A stretch of 64,000 nucleotides of DNA from a bacterium (GTDB lineage: Bacteria > Patescibacteriota > Dojkabacteria > JAKAPS01 > JAJZLI01). Location of the stretch: positions 10,529 to 74,528 of the forward strand of contig JAJYFR010000002.1 of the NCBI GenBank assembly GCA_021785355.1. The letters run 5' to 3'. Below the pieces are notes generated by a model that saw nothing but the letters and a program-made list of their open reading frames with translations, had not been told where the DNA came from and did no database searches. The first letter of the stretch is position 1. Each line of letters begins with the position of its first letter. The position numbers and the translations under genes were made by a program. Positions 42,034 through 52,554 of the stretch are shown here, piece after piece.

Positions 42034-42684
42034 TTATTTACAAATAAGAGGAAGAGATTCATCTCCCCATAATCCATAGCCTGATCTGGGAGTAACATTA
42101 ATGCCTGTACTAGTGACTGTTACAGTAGGAGACTTGCCTCCAGAAAGATAGAAGACTCCACCTCCTTCTTTACAAAAACCCACAGTATATCCTAAAGGAT
42201 AACCTCCCACTCCTGAAGATGAAGATGAAGATACATAATCATTAAAATAAAAATATTGAGTTTGTGTTGCTGATGTAAAATTTGAAGGATTAGGATATCC
42301 ATCAAACCCTGATCCTCCTGCTGAAAACGATTGTTTTAAAATTGTAGGTTGTACAATCCAGGTATAGACGTTAGGAAAATTAATAGGTTGATAAATAGTA
42401 AAACAAACATTTCCCAGATTAGCAGATCCTGTACAGGAAGAATTCTGATTTTCAAACAATATATCAGAAGGATAGTAGTGATGAGTATTAAAATATGACT
42501 GGATATCTGTATTAATAGATGATATAGCTTGAGCTCTAATGCTATTTCTAGAAGCTATCTGGGCTCCATTTATACCTATTATTGCTACACTAATAAGGAT
42601 ACCTATTATTGCAAGAACCACAAGTATCTCTACTAAACTAAAAGCTTTTTTGGATATATATAATTTTTCCTTAATTTTTAGCAT
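42034..42684 (-). CDS. Type IV pilin (prepilin with leader ...SKKA|FSLVEIL, Glu+5), a large pilin with 4 Cys.
   Basis: The N-terminal hydrophobic helix FSLVEILVVLAIIGILISVAIIG matches the class III signal. The C-terminus has the GFCKEGGGV motif. Confidence 0.75.
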   Translation of the reverse strand: MLKIKEKLYISKKAFSLVEILVVLAIIGILISVAIIGINGAQIASRNSIRAQAISSINTDIQSYFNTHHYYPSDILFENQNSSCTGSANLGNVCFTIYQPINFPNVYTWIVQPTILKQSFSAGGSGFDGYPNPSNFTSATQTQYFYFNDYVSSSSSSGVGGYPLGYTVGFCKEGGGVFYLSGGKSPTVTVTSTGINVTPRSGYGLWGDESLPLICK

Positions 42685-42724
42685 AACAAATATTATCTAT
42701 TTTATATCACAAACTATATGTTAA
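42461..42724. repeat. Copy 1 of a ~260-bp near-identical duplicated segment (pilin 5' coding region + upstream promoter + 13-nt remnant of the guaB-like start).
   Basis: Direct comparison with 43281-43540 shows long identical runs, including ...ttttatatcacaaac(t/c)atatgttaataaaag. Confidence 0.7.
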
Positions 42725-42780
42725 TAAAAGGAGAATTCACTAAAAATACTTCTACTATAAGTAATACATTTAGTTTTAGT

Positions 42781-43509
42781 TTAATTACAAGAAAATGTTG
42801 AAATCGACGTACTGTTATTAGGTATAAGTCCCCATAAATGATAAGAAGAAATACGATTTGCAGGAACAGAGATTGTCACACTATTCCCAGTAACATTCAT
42901 ATCCATTCCTAGACCTCCTTTCAAAACACTAACGCCTCCTCCTTCTTTACAAAAACCTAATATATATCCTTGAGGATATTGATAATTATTTTGATCATAA
43001 ACTAAATCAACATAAAAAAATTGTGTTGTTGAAGGAGTTGTAGCTCCGTTATAATTACTAACTCCTTCGGATTGAGTATATCCATCAAATCCAGAATAAG
43101 ATATCAATGGAGGTTTAGATAGACTTGTATCATAAACAACCCAAAATCTTCCTGTTGTAGAATATGTAGGAGGATATATTCCTAAACATATTCTTGATGT
43201 ATCAGTAAAATTTCCATTCTGAGACTGACATGAAGAATAAGAAGATCCTGTAAAATTTGCCTTATTAGAAAACCAAATATCAGAAGGATAGTAGTGATGA
43301 GAACTAAAATATGATTGAATATCTACATTAATAGCAGATATAGCTTGAGCTCTAATGCTATTCCTAGAAGCTATCTGTGCTCCATTTATACCTATTATTG
43401 CTACACTAATAAGGATACCTATTATTGCAAGAACCACAAGTATCTCTACTAAACTAAAAGCTTTTTTGGATATATATAATTTTCTCTTGATTTTGAGTAT
43501 AATATACAT
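42781..43509 (-). CDS. Type IV pilin, a tandem paralog. Its N-terminal 60 aa are near-identical to 42034..42684 and the C-terminal domain has diverged.
   Basis: Same prepilin N-terminus and a shared GFCKEGGGV motif. Confidence 0.75.
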   Translation of the reverse strand: MYIILKIKRKLYISKKAFSLVEILVVLAIIGILISVAIIGINGAQIASRNSIRAQAISAINVDIQSYFSSHHYYPSDIWFSNKANFTGSSYSSCQSQNGNFTDTSRICLGIYPPTYSTTGRFWVVYDTSLSKPPLISYSGFDGYTQSEGVSNYNGATTPSTTQFFYVDLVYDQNNYQYPQGYILGFCKEGGGVSVLKGGLGMDMNVTGNSVTISVPANRISSYHLWGLIPNNSTSISTFSCN

Positions 43510-43540
43510 TGTTTATTTTATATCACAAACCATATGTTAA
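43281..43540. repeat. Copy 2 of the duplicated pilin 5'/promoter segment. It overlaps the genuine guaB-like start codon.
   Basis: See copy 1. Confidence 0.7.
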
Positions 43541-44628
43541 TAAAAGAAGCATTAACTTACGATGATATATTACTCTCCCCTCAAAGATCCAAAATAAAGA
43601 CAAGAAAAGATACAGATACAAAAACCAAATTAACTAAAAATATCTCTATAAATATCCCTATTGTTAGTGCAAATATGGATAGTGTGACTGAAAGTTCTAT
43701 GGCTATACATATGGCACTTGAAGGAGGAGTAGGAGCTATACATAGAGTAATGAGTATAGAAAAACAAATAGAAGAAATAAGTAAAGTTAAAAACTATGAA
43801 TTTGATAAAAATAATTATGAACTTGCAAATACAGATAAAGAAGGAAAACTTCTAGTTGGAGCATCTTTAGGTATACGTATGAATCCTAAAGAAAATTTAA
43901 AACAATTAATAAAAGCAGGTGCAGATTTTATAATTATAGATGTAGCTCATGCACATTCAGAAAGTGTTATAGAACTAGTAAAAGAAATAAAAAAAGAATA
44001 TAGAGAAGATATTGAATTGATAATTGGTAATATTGCAACAGCAGAAGCAGCAAGAGATTTTTTAGAATTAGACGTATCTGGAGTAAAGGTAGGTATAGGA
44101 CCTGGATCAATTTGTACAACTAGAATTGTAACAGGAGTAGGTGTTCCTCAAGTAACAGCTATTGATGATGTATATTCAATCTTAAAAGAAAGCTCTATTC
44201 CTATTATCGCAGATGGAGGAATAAGAAATTCCGGTGATATTGTAAAAGCTCTAGCTCTTGGGGCATCTAGTGTTATGATAGGAAATTTATTTGCAAGATG
44301 TGAAGAAGCTCCAGGAGAAATAGTTATAAAAGATGGAAAAAGATATAAAAATTATAGAGGAGAAGCATCCTTTTCAGAAATAAAAAAAAGATTTGAAATA
44401 GATAAAAGAAATGATATTAAAAATATAACCCCTGAAGGAATTGAGGGTATAGTTCAAGTGGTAAGCAATGTTGAAGACACAATTAGAAATCTTGTGGGAG
44501 GTATAAGATCAGGGTTAAGTTATTGTAATGCATATAACCTAGAAGAACTAAGAAAAAATGCAAAATTTTTAAAAATCACAAATGCTGGATTAATAGAAAG
44601 TAACTACCATGATATTATTAAATTATGA
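43534..44628 (+). CDS. IMP dehydrogenase/GMP reductase family protein (catalytic TIM barrel only, no CBS pair).
   Basis: Active-site loop [11 protein letters not shown] and [21 protein letters not shown]. Length 364 aa. Confidence 0.85.
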   Translation: MLIKEALTYDDILLSPQRSKIKTRKDTDTKTKLTKNISINIPIVSANMDSVTESSMAIHMALEGGVGAIHRVMSIEKQIEEISKVKNYEFDKNNYELANTDKEGKLLVGASLGIRMNPKENLKQLIKAGADFIIIDVAHAHSESVIELVKEIKKEYREDIELIIGNIATAEAARDFLELDVSGVKVGIGPGSICTTRIVTGVGVPQVTAIDDVYSILKESSIPIIADGGIRNSGDIVKALALGASSVMIGNLFARCEEAPGEIVIKDGKRYKNYRGEASFSEIKKRFEIDKRNDIKNITPEGIEGIVQVVSNVEDTIRNLVGGIRSGLSYCNAYNLEELRKNAKFLKITNAGLIESNYHDIIKL

Positions 44629-45014
44629 GTTATGACAAAGAACAATTACAGAATGATACCTTAAGAAATTTAAAAGAATCTTCTTTGAGTGAAGAAGAAA
44701 AAACTAAAATTGCAAAAGATTTTTTTGCTGCAGTAGCTGAAGAAAAAGAAAATAAATCTATAGATAAACTTAATATTTTTTATGATTATCTAAAAAGTTT
44801 CTTTCTTCCTATATATGGTTTCGTTATTGGAATAAAAAAAATAACAGAAGAGGATTATATTAACGGTGTAATTTGCATAATTTTAAATATAATAGAAATC
44901 ATACTTATAATATCTTCTCTTTCAGGGTTATTCTCTACAAAAGGTAGCATTTCTCAAATAAGTAAGGGTATAGGAGGAGGATATAAATCCATAAACACTC
45001 CAATAGGAAATTAG
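44625..45014 (+). CDS. Hypothetical small membrane protein.
   Basis: One or two TM helices. Coupled to the upstream gene by a 4-nt overlap. Confidence 0.35.
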   Translation: MSYDKEQLQNDTLRNLKESSLSEEEKTKIAKDFFAAVAEEKENKSIDKLNIFYDYLKSFFLPIYGFVIGIKKITEEDYINGVICIILNIIEIILIISSLSGLFSTKGSISQISKGIGGGYKSINTPIGN

Positions 45015-46870
45015 ATATATTCAAAATCTACACAATCCTCAGAGATATCAGAGAGAAATCTTGAAGGAGTATTTGATTGAGGATAACCATATAATGACCT
45101 TTGTTGAGCAAATGTTAAAAATAATTTTTCCTTTGCTCTTGTCATTCCAACATAACATAGACGTCTTTCTTCTTCCATTTCATTAATACTTTGAAATGAT
45201 CGTGAATGAGGAAATATATTTTCTTCCATTCCTGCTATAAATATATTTTTAAATTCCAATCCTTTTGCTGAATGAAGAGACATTAAAGTTACATAATTTT
45301 TATTATCTTCAGTTTCTAATTCTTCTTTTTGAACTAAAGCTATATCTGTTAAAAATTCTTCTAATGTTCCATATTTAGAACTAACTCCAATAAATTCTTC
45401 TAAATTTTCTAATCTTGATATACCAACCTCACCTTCTTCCTCTAACATAGGGATATATTTTATTTTTTTTAATACATATTCTAATAAATTTTTTATATCA
45501 AATTCAGATTTTTTTGAAAGGATATCCTCCATTATTGATACAAACATAAAAACAGGTTTAGGTAAACTTTCTTTAAAAGAAAATATATACTCTCCTAAAG
45601 ACATATTAGAATTTAGTGCTAATTTATCTAATTTTTCTAAAGTAGCTTTTCCTATCTTTCTTTGAGGAACATTTATAATCCTCTTCAAAGAAAGTGTATC
45701 ATTTCTATTCTCTATAAATCTAATATATGCTATTAGATCTTTAATTTCTTTTCTTTGATAAAATTTCATTCCACCATATACTTTATATGGGATCTTATGT
45801 CTTAAAAATACTTCTTCTATAGCTCTTGATTGAGCATTAGTCCTATATAAGACAGCTGTATCACTAAACTCATCTAAATATAATATTTTATTTGCAATAT
45901 AACGAGATTCATCTTCTTCATCATAAGCCTGATAAATCTTAATTAATTCTCCTAGCTGATTTTCTGTCCATAATTTTTTTTCATATCTTAATGTATTTTG
46001 AGAAATAACCGATTCAGAGGCTTTAAGTATATATTTTGTAGATCTATAATTTTGTTCTAATTTTATTATCTTACCAGTAGGATAATCTATCTCAAAATTA
46101 AGAATATTTCTAATATCTGTACCTCTCCAAGAATAAATATTTTGATCAGGATCTCCTACAAAAAAAACATTGTTTTGTGATATTAATTTTAATAATTTAT
46201 ATTGTATAGTATTTGTATCCTGATATTCATCAACTAATATATACTTAAATCTACTTGCCAAAGATTTTCCAAATTCTTCATTAGATAATATAGTTTCTAA
46301 GCTTTTAAATAACAGATCATCAAAATCCATAGCATTATTCTCTTCTAAGGTATTTTGATAAGCTTTATATACATTATGTACATTCTCTTCGAAAAAATTA
46401 GAAGGTGTATAATCTTGAGGTTTTATAAAATCATTTTTTGCTCTCGAAATACCTGTGAGAATAGAGGAAGGATTAATACTAGAATTTAAATTCATCTTTT
46501 TTATTATGTCATTTACAATTTTTTTCTGATCATCTTGATCAAAAATTGAAAAATAACGATCTATTCCATATTTATATCCTTCTGTTTTTAATATATATAA
46601 AAATACAGAATGAAATGTCCCCATATATGGGAAAGATATCTTATCACCTAAAAGATGATTTATTCTTTCTTTTATTTCATTAGATGCTTTATTTGTAAAA
46701 GTAACAGAAAAAATAGAGAAAGGAGATAAATTTAACTCTTTTATTATATAAGCAATTTTATAAGTCAGAGTTTTTGTTTTTCCTGAACCTGCACCTGCTA
46801 TAACTAATAAAGGAGTATTTATATCTTCCAGTACAGCTTCTCTCTGTTTATCATTTAAGTCTTCTAACAT
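45011..46870 (-). CDS. UvrD/PcrA-family ATP-dependent DNA helicase.
   Basis: Walker A AGAGSGKTKTL, motif II VDEYQDTN, and other SF1 motifs. Confidence 0.85.
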   Translation of the reverse strand: MLEDLNDKQREAVLEDINTPLLVIAGAGSGKTKTLTYKIAYIIKELNLSPFSIFSVTFTNKASNEIKERINHLLGDKISFPYMGTFHSVFLYILKTEGYKYGIDRYFSIFDQDDQKKIVNDIIKKMNLNSSINPSSILTGISRAKNDFIKPQDYTPSNFFEENVHNVYKAYQNTLEENNAMDFDDLLFKSLETILSNEEFGKSLASRFKYILVDEYQDTNTIQYKLLKLISQNNVFFVGDPDQNIYSWRGTDIRNILNFEIDYPTGKIIKLEQNYRSTKYILKASESVISQNTLRYEKKLWTENQLGELIKIYQAYDEEDESRYIANKILYLDEFSDTAVLYRTNAQSRAIEEVFLRHKIPYKVYGGMKFYQRKEIKDLIAYIRFIENRNDTLSLKRIINVPQRKIGKATLEKLDKLALNSNMSLGEYIFSFKESLPKPVFMFVSIMEDILSKKSEFDIKNLLEYVLKKIKYIPMLEEEGEVGISRLENLEEFIGVSSKYGTLEEFLTDIALVQKEELETEDNKNYVTLMSLHSAKGLEFKNIFIAGMEENIFPHSRSFQSINEMEEERRLCYVGMTRAKEKLFLTFAQQRSLYGYPQSNTPSRFLSDISEDCVDFEYI

Positions 46871-46871
46871 A

Positions 46872-47792
46872 TTAAACTACGTATAATGTGGTAAATGAAA
46901 CTAATATGTAAATAACAATTGCTATTAAAATGGATTTATCTCTAAACCAAATAGTTTCTGGTGTATCAGCAGTTTTCTTTACATATATATTATACATATA
47001 TCTTGCAAGAATATAAAATGCAATAGGTATTGTAAATTTAAACCAATGTGGATTCTTTAAATGACTTGGCAAAAAAACAGATACAGTAGAAGGTGTCTTT
47101 GAATATACATCTTCATTATAAGAAAATAAAATATATGAAAGAAATGTTATAGCTGCTGTCATTGAAATAAGATTGTCTAATAATTCTTTTGGATATAAGC
47201 CTAATACAGATCTGTGTACTACTGCATTTTTAAAATTCATCATTGTAACCTCAGCTCTTCTTTTCCCAAATGCTATAAATAAAGATGCACAAATTATAAA
47301 TATAACAAACCAAGAATTAATAGCAAATCCAACAACTATCCCTCCAGCTAAAACTCTCAGAACAAAACCAGATGCAGTTGTAAGAGAATCTATTATTAAA
47401 ATATTTTTAAGATAAATAGAATAAGATATAAATAATAAATAATAAAATATATAGATTAATAATAAATATTCACTAATAAAAAAAGAAATGATGAATCCTA
47501 TCAAAAACATTATTATTGAAAGAATTATAGCCGAATTTCTATCTACTTTTCCTGAGGCAAGAGCTCTTTTTCGTTTTACAGGATGAAGTTTATCCCTTTT
47601 ATAATCGATTACATCATTTATCAAATAAATAGCAGAAGAGACAAATATAAAAGATATAAAAGTATAAAAAACAATTATAAAATCATGGATATTATATAAA
47701 TCCTGATCAAAAAATAAAAAACTGAAAACCAATAAATTTTTAATCCATTGATTAGGTCTTAATGCTAAAAAATAATTTTTTAAAGTATCCAT
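46872..47792 (-). CDS. UbiA-family prenyltransferase resembling decaprenyl-phosphate phosphoribosyltransferase (DPPR synthase).
   Basis: NDVIDYKRDKLHPVKRKRALASGKV matches the NDxxDxxxD...H.xK..RP.a.G motif of DPPR synthases. Eight or more TM helices. Confidence 0.6.
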   Translation of the reverse strand: MDTLKNYFLALRPNQWIKNLLVFSFLFFDQDLYNIHDFIIVFYTFISFIFVSSAIYLINDVIDYKRDKLHPVKRKRALASGKVDRNSAIILSIIMFLIGFIISFFISEYLLLIYIFYYLLFISYSIYLKNILIIDSLTTASGFVLRVLAGGIVVGFAINSWFVIFIICASLFIAFGKRRAEVTMMNFKNAVVHRSVLGLYPKELLDNLISMTAAITFLSYILFSYNEDVYSKTPSTVSVFLPSHLKNPHWFKFTIPIAFYILARYMYNIYVKKTADTPETIWFRDKSILIAIVIYILVSFTTLYVV

Positions 47793-47833
47793 AAAGTAAA
47801 GTAAATAGTATAAGTATATATTATAATATATTT

Positions 47834-49051
47834 ATGTTTAAAATTATAATAAAATCAAAAAAAGGAAGTACATCTATTCTTTTCATACTGCTCTCTTTGA
47901 GCCCTTTATTCTTAAATATTGCATATACAAAAAAAGCATCAGTTATAATAAAAACAAATATATTAATAAATACAATAGATAATATAATACACAAAGGAAA
48001 TCTTAAAAATACTTGGAACAATCTTTCTTTAACTGAACAAAAAAAATTTATTAACTACAAAGATTTTAAACAATTCATAATTAATAAATATTACCCTTTA
48101 GATATTACAATTAAAAATATAAAATATCGCAAAGAAACATATAAGATATTATTTCAAATTAAAAACAATAATAAATATCATATTCCCAGTTTTTATAATA
48201 CTCATTATTTTACTTTTTCTTTGAATAAAAATAATAAATTGAAAAATTTAGGGATATTTTCTCCAAATACACCTATAATCTCATACAGTAAAAATACTAA
48301 TTTAATAATAAAAATTCCAATATTAATGCTACACAGGGTTTCTCCTATCTACCCTAAAAGAAATTTATATTCTTCAGAATATGCTTATCTTTTAGACTAT
48401 AATCTGACACTTCTTTCTCAAAGTTTTAATGCTCAATTACAATATTTAAAAAATAATCACTATAATAGTATAACTCTTACTAGACTTTATGATTTCTACT
48501 ATTACAATTTACCCTTACCTCAAAATCCAATTATAATCTCTTTTGATGATGGAAGATTAAGTGATTTTAAATATGCACTTCCTTTACTTTTGAAATATCA
48601 TTTCAAAGCAGAGTTTAATATTATTACAGGTTTTGTTGGTTCTATAAATAAAACACAAAAATACATGAATTGGAAACAAATAGAAACTTTGTATAAAGAT
48701 GGTATGGAAATAGAATCTCATACTGTCACTCATGTAGCACTAGGAATATTAAATACAGCAGAGATAAATTATCAATTAATAATATCAAAAGATACTATTC
48801 AGAAGAAACTTAATAGCTCTGTTCAATTTATTGCCTATCCAGGTGGATCTCCTTTTAGAAATAATAATATAAAAAAAGAACTTGTACTAGAAAATAGATT
48901 GAGATTTTATGGATATATAGCAGGATTAGTAGATCAAAATTTCAATAGAAATATGCAAAATTTAAATAATTCTTTTGGACTTTTCAGATTAAGAGATTCG
49001 AATATTTCTCTTTCAGAGTTTATTAAATTTATAAGCGAGAATACAATTTAA
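47834..49051 (+). CDS. Polysaccharide deacetylase (NodB homology domain) with an N-terminal signal/anchor and an N-terminal accessory domain.
   Basis: ISFDDGRLSD (TFDDG motif) and EIESHTVTHVAL (His-His metal site). Confidence 0.7.
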   Translation: MFKIIIKSKKGSTSILFILLSLSPLFLNIAYTKKASVIIKTNILINTIDNIIHKGNLKNTWNNLSLTEQKKFINYKDFKQFIINKYYPLDITIKNIKYRKETYKILFQIKNNNKYHIPSFYNTHYFTFSLNKNNKLKNLGIFSPNTPIISYSKNTNLIIKIPILMLHRVSPIYPKRNLYSSEYAYLLDYNLTLLSQSFNAQLQYLKNNHYNSITLTRLYDFYYYNLPLPQNPIIISFDDGRLSDFKYALPLLLKYHFKAEFNIITGFVGSINKTQKYMNWKQIETLYKDGMEIESHTVTHVALGILNTAEINYQLIISKDTIQKKLNSSVQFIAYPGGSPFRNNNIKKELVLENRLRFYGYIAGLVDQNFNRNMQNLNNSFGLFRLRDSNISLSEFIKFISENTI

Positions 49052-50810
49052 TAAAAAGATCACTAGGAATTTCAATTTGACCGAACATCAAAGATCTTTT
49101 CTTTCCCTTTTTTTGTTTCTCTAAAAGTTTTTTCCTTCTAGTTGGATCTCCTCCATATAATTTTTGAGTAACATCTTTTCTAAAAGGTTTTATATCTTCT
49201 CTTGCAATAATTTTCCCATTTACAGCTGCTTGAATAGCTATAGAAAAGTTTCTTCTAGGAATTATATCCACCATTTTCTTAGTATATTCTTTTGCTACTT
49301 TATCTATTTCTGAAGAATGCACTAATAATGATAGAGGTTCTATTTTTTCATGATTAATAAGAAAGTCTAATCTTTCAATATTAGATTCCTTATATGAAGA
49401 AAAATAATAATCCATAGATGCATCACCCGAAGTTAAAGATTTCAATTCATCAAAAAAATTGTATATCACAGATGATAAAGGGATATCGAAATTAAGAAGT
49501 ATCCTCTCTAATCCTAAAGATGAATTATAAAAAGAAGAATTGATAAATTCTCCTCTTTTTGAAAGAACAAATTCCATAATTTTACCAAATAAGGATTTTG
49601 AAGTTACTATATCTAATTTTGCATAAGGTTCTTCTATTTTATCTAATAAGGATAAATCAGGAAGATCTTGTGCTTGAGAAATGTTATATTGTTGATTATT
49701 CTGAAGAATAACTTTATATTCTACAGAAGGAAAACTCACAAATATATCTATATCATACTCTCTACTTAATCTTTCTTTAATAATATCCATATGTAAAAGA
49801 CCTAAGAATCCACATCTATATCCAAAACCTAAAATAGAATTATTTATAGGTGCATAAGTAAAAGAAATATCATTAATTGAAAGTTTTTCAACAGCTTCTC
49901 TAAATTTTGATACTGAACTTACATCTAAAGGATAAATTGATGAAAACACCATACTTTTTTCATTCTCAACTTGGTATAAAGGTTTATCTTCTAAATCTTT
50001 AATTAGTGTGTCTTTAACTACAACATCTTTTATGTTTTTTAATCCTGTCGATATATACACAACTTCTCCTGCAAAAATTTCCTTTTTAGGTATTAGTGTA
50101 TCTTTAATTACCCCTACATCTAAAATATTAATTTCTTTTTTATTAGACGCAAAATATAATTTTTCAGGGACGGTAAGTTTTCCATCTAATACTTTGACTA
50201 AAAGTACAACTCCTCTATAGTCATCAAAAAAAGCATCAAATACGAATCCTCTAAAATTACCATCTCTACTGCCTTGAGGAGAAGGGATTCTTTCAATAAT
50301 AGTATCTAATAATTTTTCTCCTCCAAATCCTGTTTTACCTGATGTTTGTATTATTTCTTCTTTTTTAAAACCTAATATATTTACAATCTCATCAATACTT
50401 TTATCAATATTAGCTCCATCTATATCTACTTTATTTAAAACAGGTATAACAGGTATACCTAAATCAATTGCTTTTAAAAAATTGCCTAATGTTTGAGCTT
50501 CAATTCCACCCATAACATCAATAAGAAGTAAAGCTCCATCTGAAGCCATTAATGAACGAGATACTTCTCCTGAAAAATCTACGTGTCCAGGTGTATCAAT
50601 TAAATTAAGAGTATACCCTTTGTACTCCATTCTTATGGTCTGAAGCTTAATAGTTATTCCTCTTTCCCTTTCTAAATCCATATTGTCTAAATATTGATCT
50701 TTGAGGTCTCTTTTCTCCACAGTATTAGTAAGTTTTATAAGGGTATCAGAAAGAGTAGATTTACCATGATCTACATGAGCAATAATAGAGAAATTTCTTA
50801 TTTTATCCAT
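49029..50810 (-). CDS. lepA: Elongation factor 4 (LepA).
   Basis: G domain NFSIIAHVDHGKSTL, DTPGHVDF, NKVD. Length 593 aa. Confidence 0.9.
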   Translation of the reverse strand: MDKIRNFSIIAHVDHGKSTLSDTLIKLTNTVEKRDLKDQYLDNMDLERERGITIKLQTIRMEYKGYTLNLIDTPGHVDFSGEVSRSLMASDGALLLIDVMGGIEAQTLGNFLKAIDLGIPVIPVLNKVDIDGANIDKSIDEIVNILGFKKEEIIQTSGKTGFGGEKLLDTIIERIPSPQGSRDGNFRGFVFDAFFDDYRGVVLLVKVLDGKLTVPEKLYFASNKKEINILDVGVIKDTLIPKKEIFAGEVVYISTGLKNIKDVVVKDTLIKDLEDKPLYQVENEKSMVFSSIYPLDVSSVSKFREAVEKLSINDISFTYAPINNSILGFGYRCGFLGLLHMDIIKERLSREYDIDIFVSFPSVEYKVILQNNQQYNISQAQDLPDLSLLDKIEEPYAKLDIVTSKSLFGKIMEFVLSKRGEFINSSFYNSSLGLERILLNFDIPLSSVIYNFFDELKSLTSGDASMDYYFSSYKESNIERLDFLINHEKIEPLSLLVHSSEIDKVAKEYTKKMVDIIPRRNFSIAIQAAVNGKIIAREDIKPFRKDVTQKLYGGDPTRRKKLLEKQKKGKKRSLMFGQIEIPSDLFIKLYSRL

Positions 50811-50816
50811 ATTGGA

Positions 50817-51059
50817 TTATTTTACTTTTTGAGAAATTTTAGAAAATCTACTCTTGATTCTTGAAGCTTTATTTTTATGAATAATATTTTTCTTTGCCAT
50901 TTTATCTATAATTGAAAAAATAGCAGGTAACTTATTTTCTTTAGGTTCCTTTAGAAAATCTTTTTTCTTCATATCAAAATCTATTCTAAAACCATTATTT
51001 AAAAAGGTTCTTCTCTTTGTTCTTCTTACGTCTTTTTTAGATGATTTTATATTTGCCAT
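50817..51059 (-). CDS. rpsT: 30S ribosomal protein S20.
   Basis: N-terminal MANIKSSKKDVRR and C-terminal IIHKNKASRIKSRFS match S20. Confidence 0.7.
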   Translation of the reverse strand: MANIKSSKKDVRRTKRRTFLNNGFRIDFDMKKKDFLKEPKENKLPAIFSIIDKMAKKNIIHKNKASRIKSRFSKISQKVK

Positions 51060-51096
51060 AATTTATGTGTAAGTATACTAGAAAAATAAAAGTTAT

Positions 51097-51486
51097 TCAA
51101 ATTTTGTTCTGAGATATTATACTTTCTACCTCATCTATGATTTGATTAGGTAAAATATTAGATTTAAGAAAATAACCTGCAGCACCTAATTGAAAAGCAT
51201 TCTTGATGATTTCATCATATCCCAAACTGGTCAACATAAATACAGGTGTATTACGCGCAGGACTACCTTCTGCTTTAATATCTTTTAGAATATCAATTCC
51301 AGATTTTTTAGGAAGCATTATATCTAAAAGAATTACATCAAATGTTCCAGATAATGCTGTTTTTATACCTTCTTCTCCATCTGAAGCTGAAGAAACATTA
51401 TACCCTCTCTGCGTAAAAAATTGGGTATACAAATCTAACAGAAATAAATCATCTTCAACTAATAATATTTTTTTATTATTCTCCAT
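51097..51486 (-). CDS. Single-domain response regulator (CheY-like receiver).
   Basis: KILLVEDD...DVILLDIMLP..SG: the receiver Asp pocket. No output domain. Confidence 0.8.
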   Translation of the reverse strand: MENNKKILLVEDDLFLLDLYTQFFTQRGYNVSSASDGEEGIKTALSGTFDVILLDIMLPKKSGIDILKDIKAEGSPARNTPVFMLTSLGYDEIIKNAFQLGAAGYFLKSNILPNQIIDEVESIISQNKI

Positions 51487-51499
51487 AAACTAAAAAATA

Positions 51500-52438
51500 T
51501 TATACATTAATTGGAAGTAAAAATGAAAAGGTTGAACCATGTCCTATTTTACTATCTAAAATTAACTTTCCTCCATGCATATTTATTATACTCGACGATA
51601 TATATAGACCTAAACCTGTTCCACTAATATTTCTTACATTTATAGAATTAGATCTAAAAAATTTAGAAAATATTTTCTTTTGATCCTCATAAGATATACC
51701 TATTCCATTATCTTTTACAGATACATTAATAAATTTTTCCTCTACTTTCACCGAAATCTTTATAACACCGCCCTCAGGAGTATAATTTATAGCATTAATT
51801 AATAAATTATTTAAGACTTCTTCAATTTTCAACTTATCTGCAAAAACAATAATATCTTTAACATTATGTGTCTCAAACAATATAGTTTGTTTTTTTAAAT
51901 CAGCATCATTTATTAAATTTTCTCTTACCTCTTCTATTAAATCTAATATATTAAATTTCTCTTTATTTAAAGATAATTCATTATTCTCAATTTTAGTTAT
52001 ATTTAGTAAATTCTCAACTAATGAAAATATTTGATCTGAAGAATTTTCTATTCTTTTTATATACTCTTTGACATCATTTGTTATTTTTAAAGAGATATCT
52101 TTATCATTTAAAAGAAGATCTGTATATCCTTTAATAACGGCTACAGGTGTTTTTATTTCATGAGCAGTAATTGAAATAAAATCATTTTTCTTTAGATTTT
52201 CAGATTCCTTCTTATTAATCTTTAATATACCTGATTTTCTACATTTACCCTCTTTCTTTATATTTAAAATAACATCACTCAATGATATATATATAAAAAG
52301 TATAATAATACAGAAAATTATCCAGATAATGAAAAAGAAAGAAGAGAAAGATGATATATTATTACTTAAAAAATATCCAAGTATTATAAATATTAAAAAA
52401 ATTACAGATATTTTAAATATATTATACGTATCATCCAT
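51500..52438 (-). CDS. Sensor histidine kinase.
   Basis: Two N-terminal TM helices, H-box ITAHEIKTPVAVIKGY, and the HATPase motif GTGLGLYISSSII. Confidence 0.8.
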   Translation of the reverse strand: MDDTYNIFKISVIFLIFIILGYFLSNNISSFSSFFFIIWIIFCIIILFIYISLSDVILNIKKEGKCRKSGILKINKKESENLKKNDFISITAHEIKTPVAVIKGYTDLLLNDKDISLKITNDVKEYIKRIENSSDQIFSLVENLLNITKIENNELSLNKEKFNILDLIEEVRENLINDADLKKQTILFETHNVKDIIVFADKLKIEEVLNNLLINAINYTPEGGVIKISVKVEEKFINVSVKDNGIGISYEDQKKIFSKFFRSNSINVRNISGTGLGLYISSSIINMHGGKLILDSKIGHGSTFSFLLPINV

Positions 52439-52554
52439 ATACCAATTAGTATATATAAAAAGAAAAAAATCTACAATATCAATAAAAATATATGTATATT
52501 AATGCTCAGCATTTGATTTATATGTAAGATAGAATATATAATGCTAAGTAGTTA

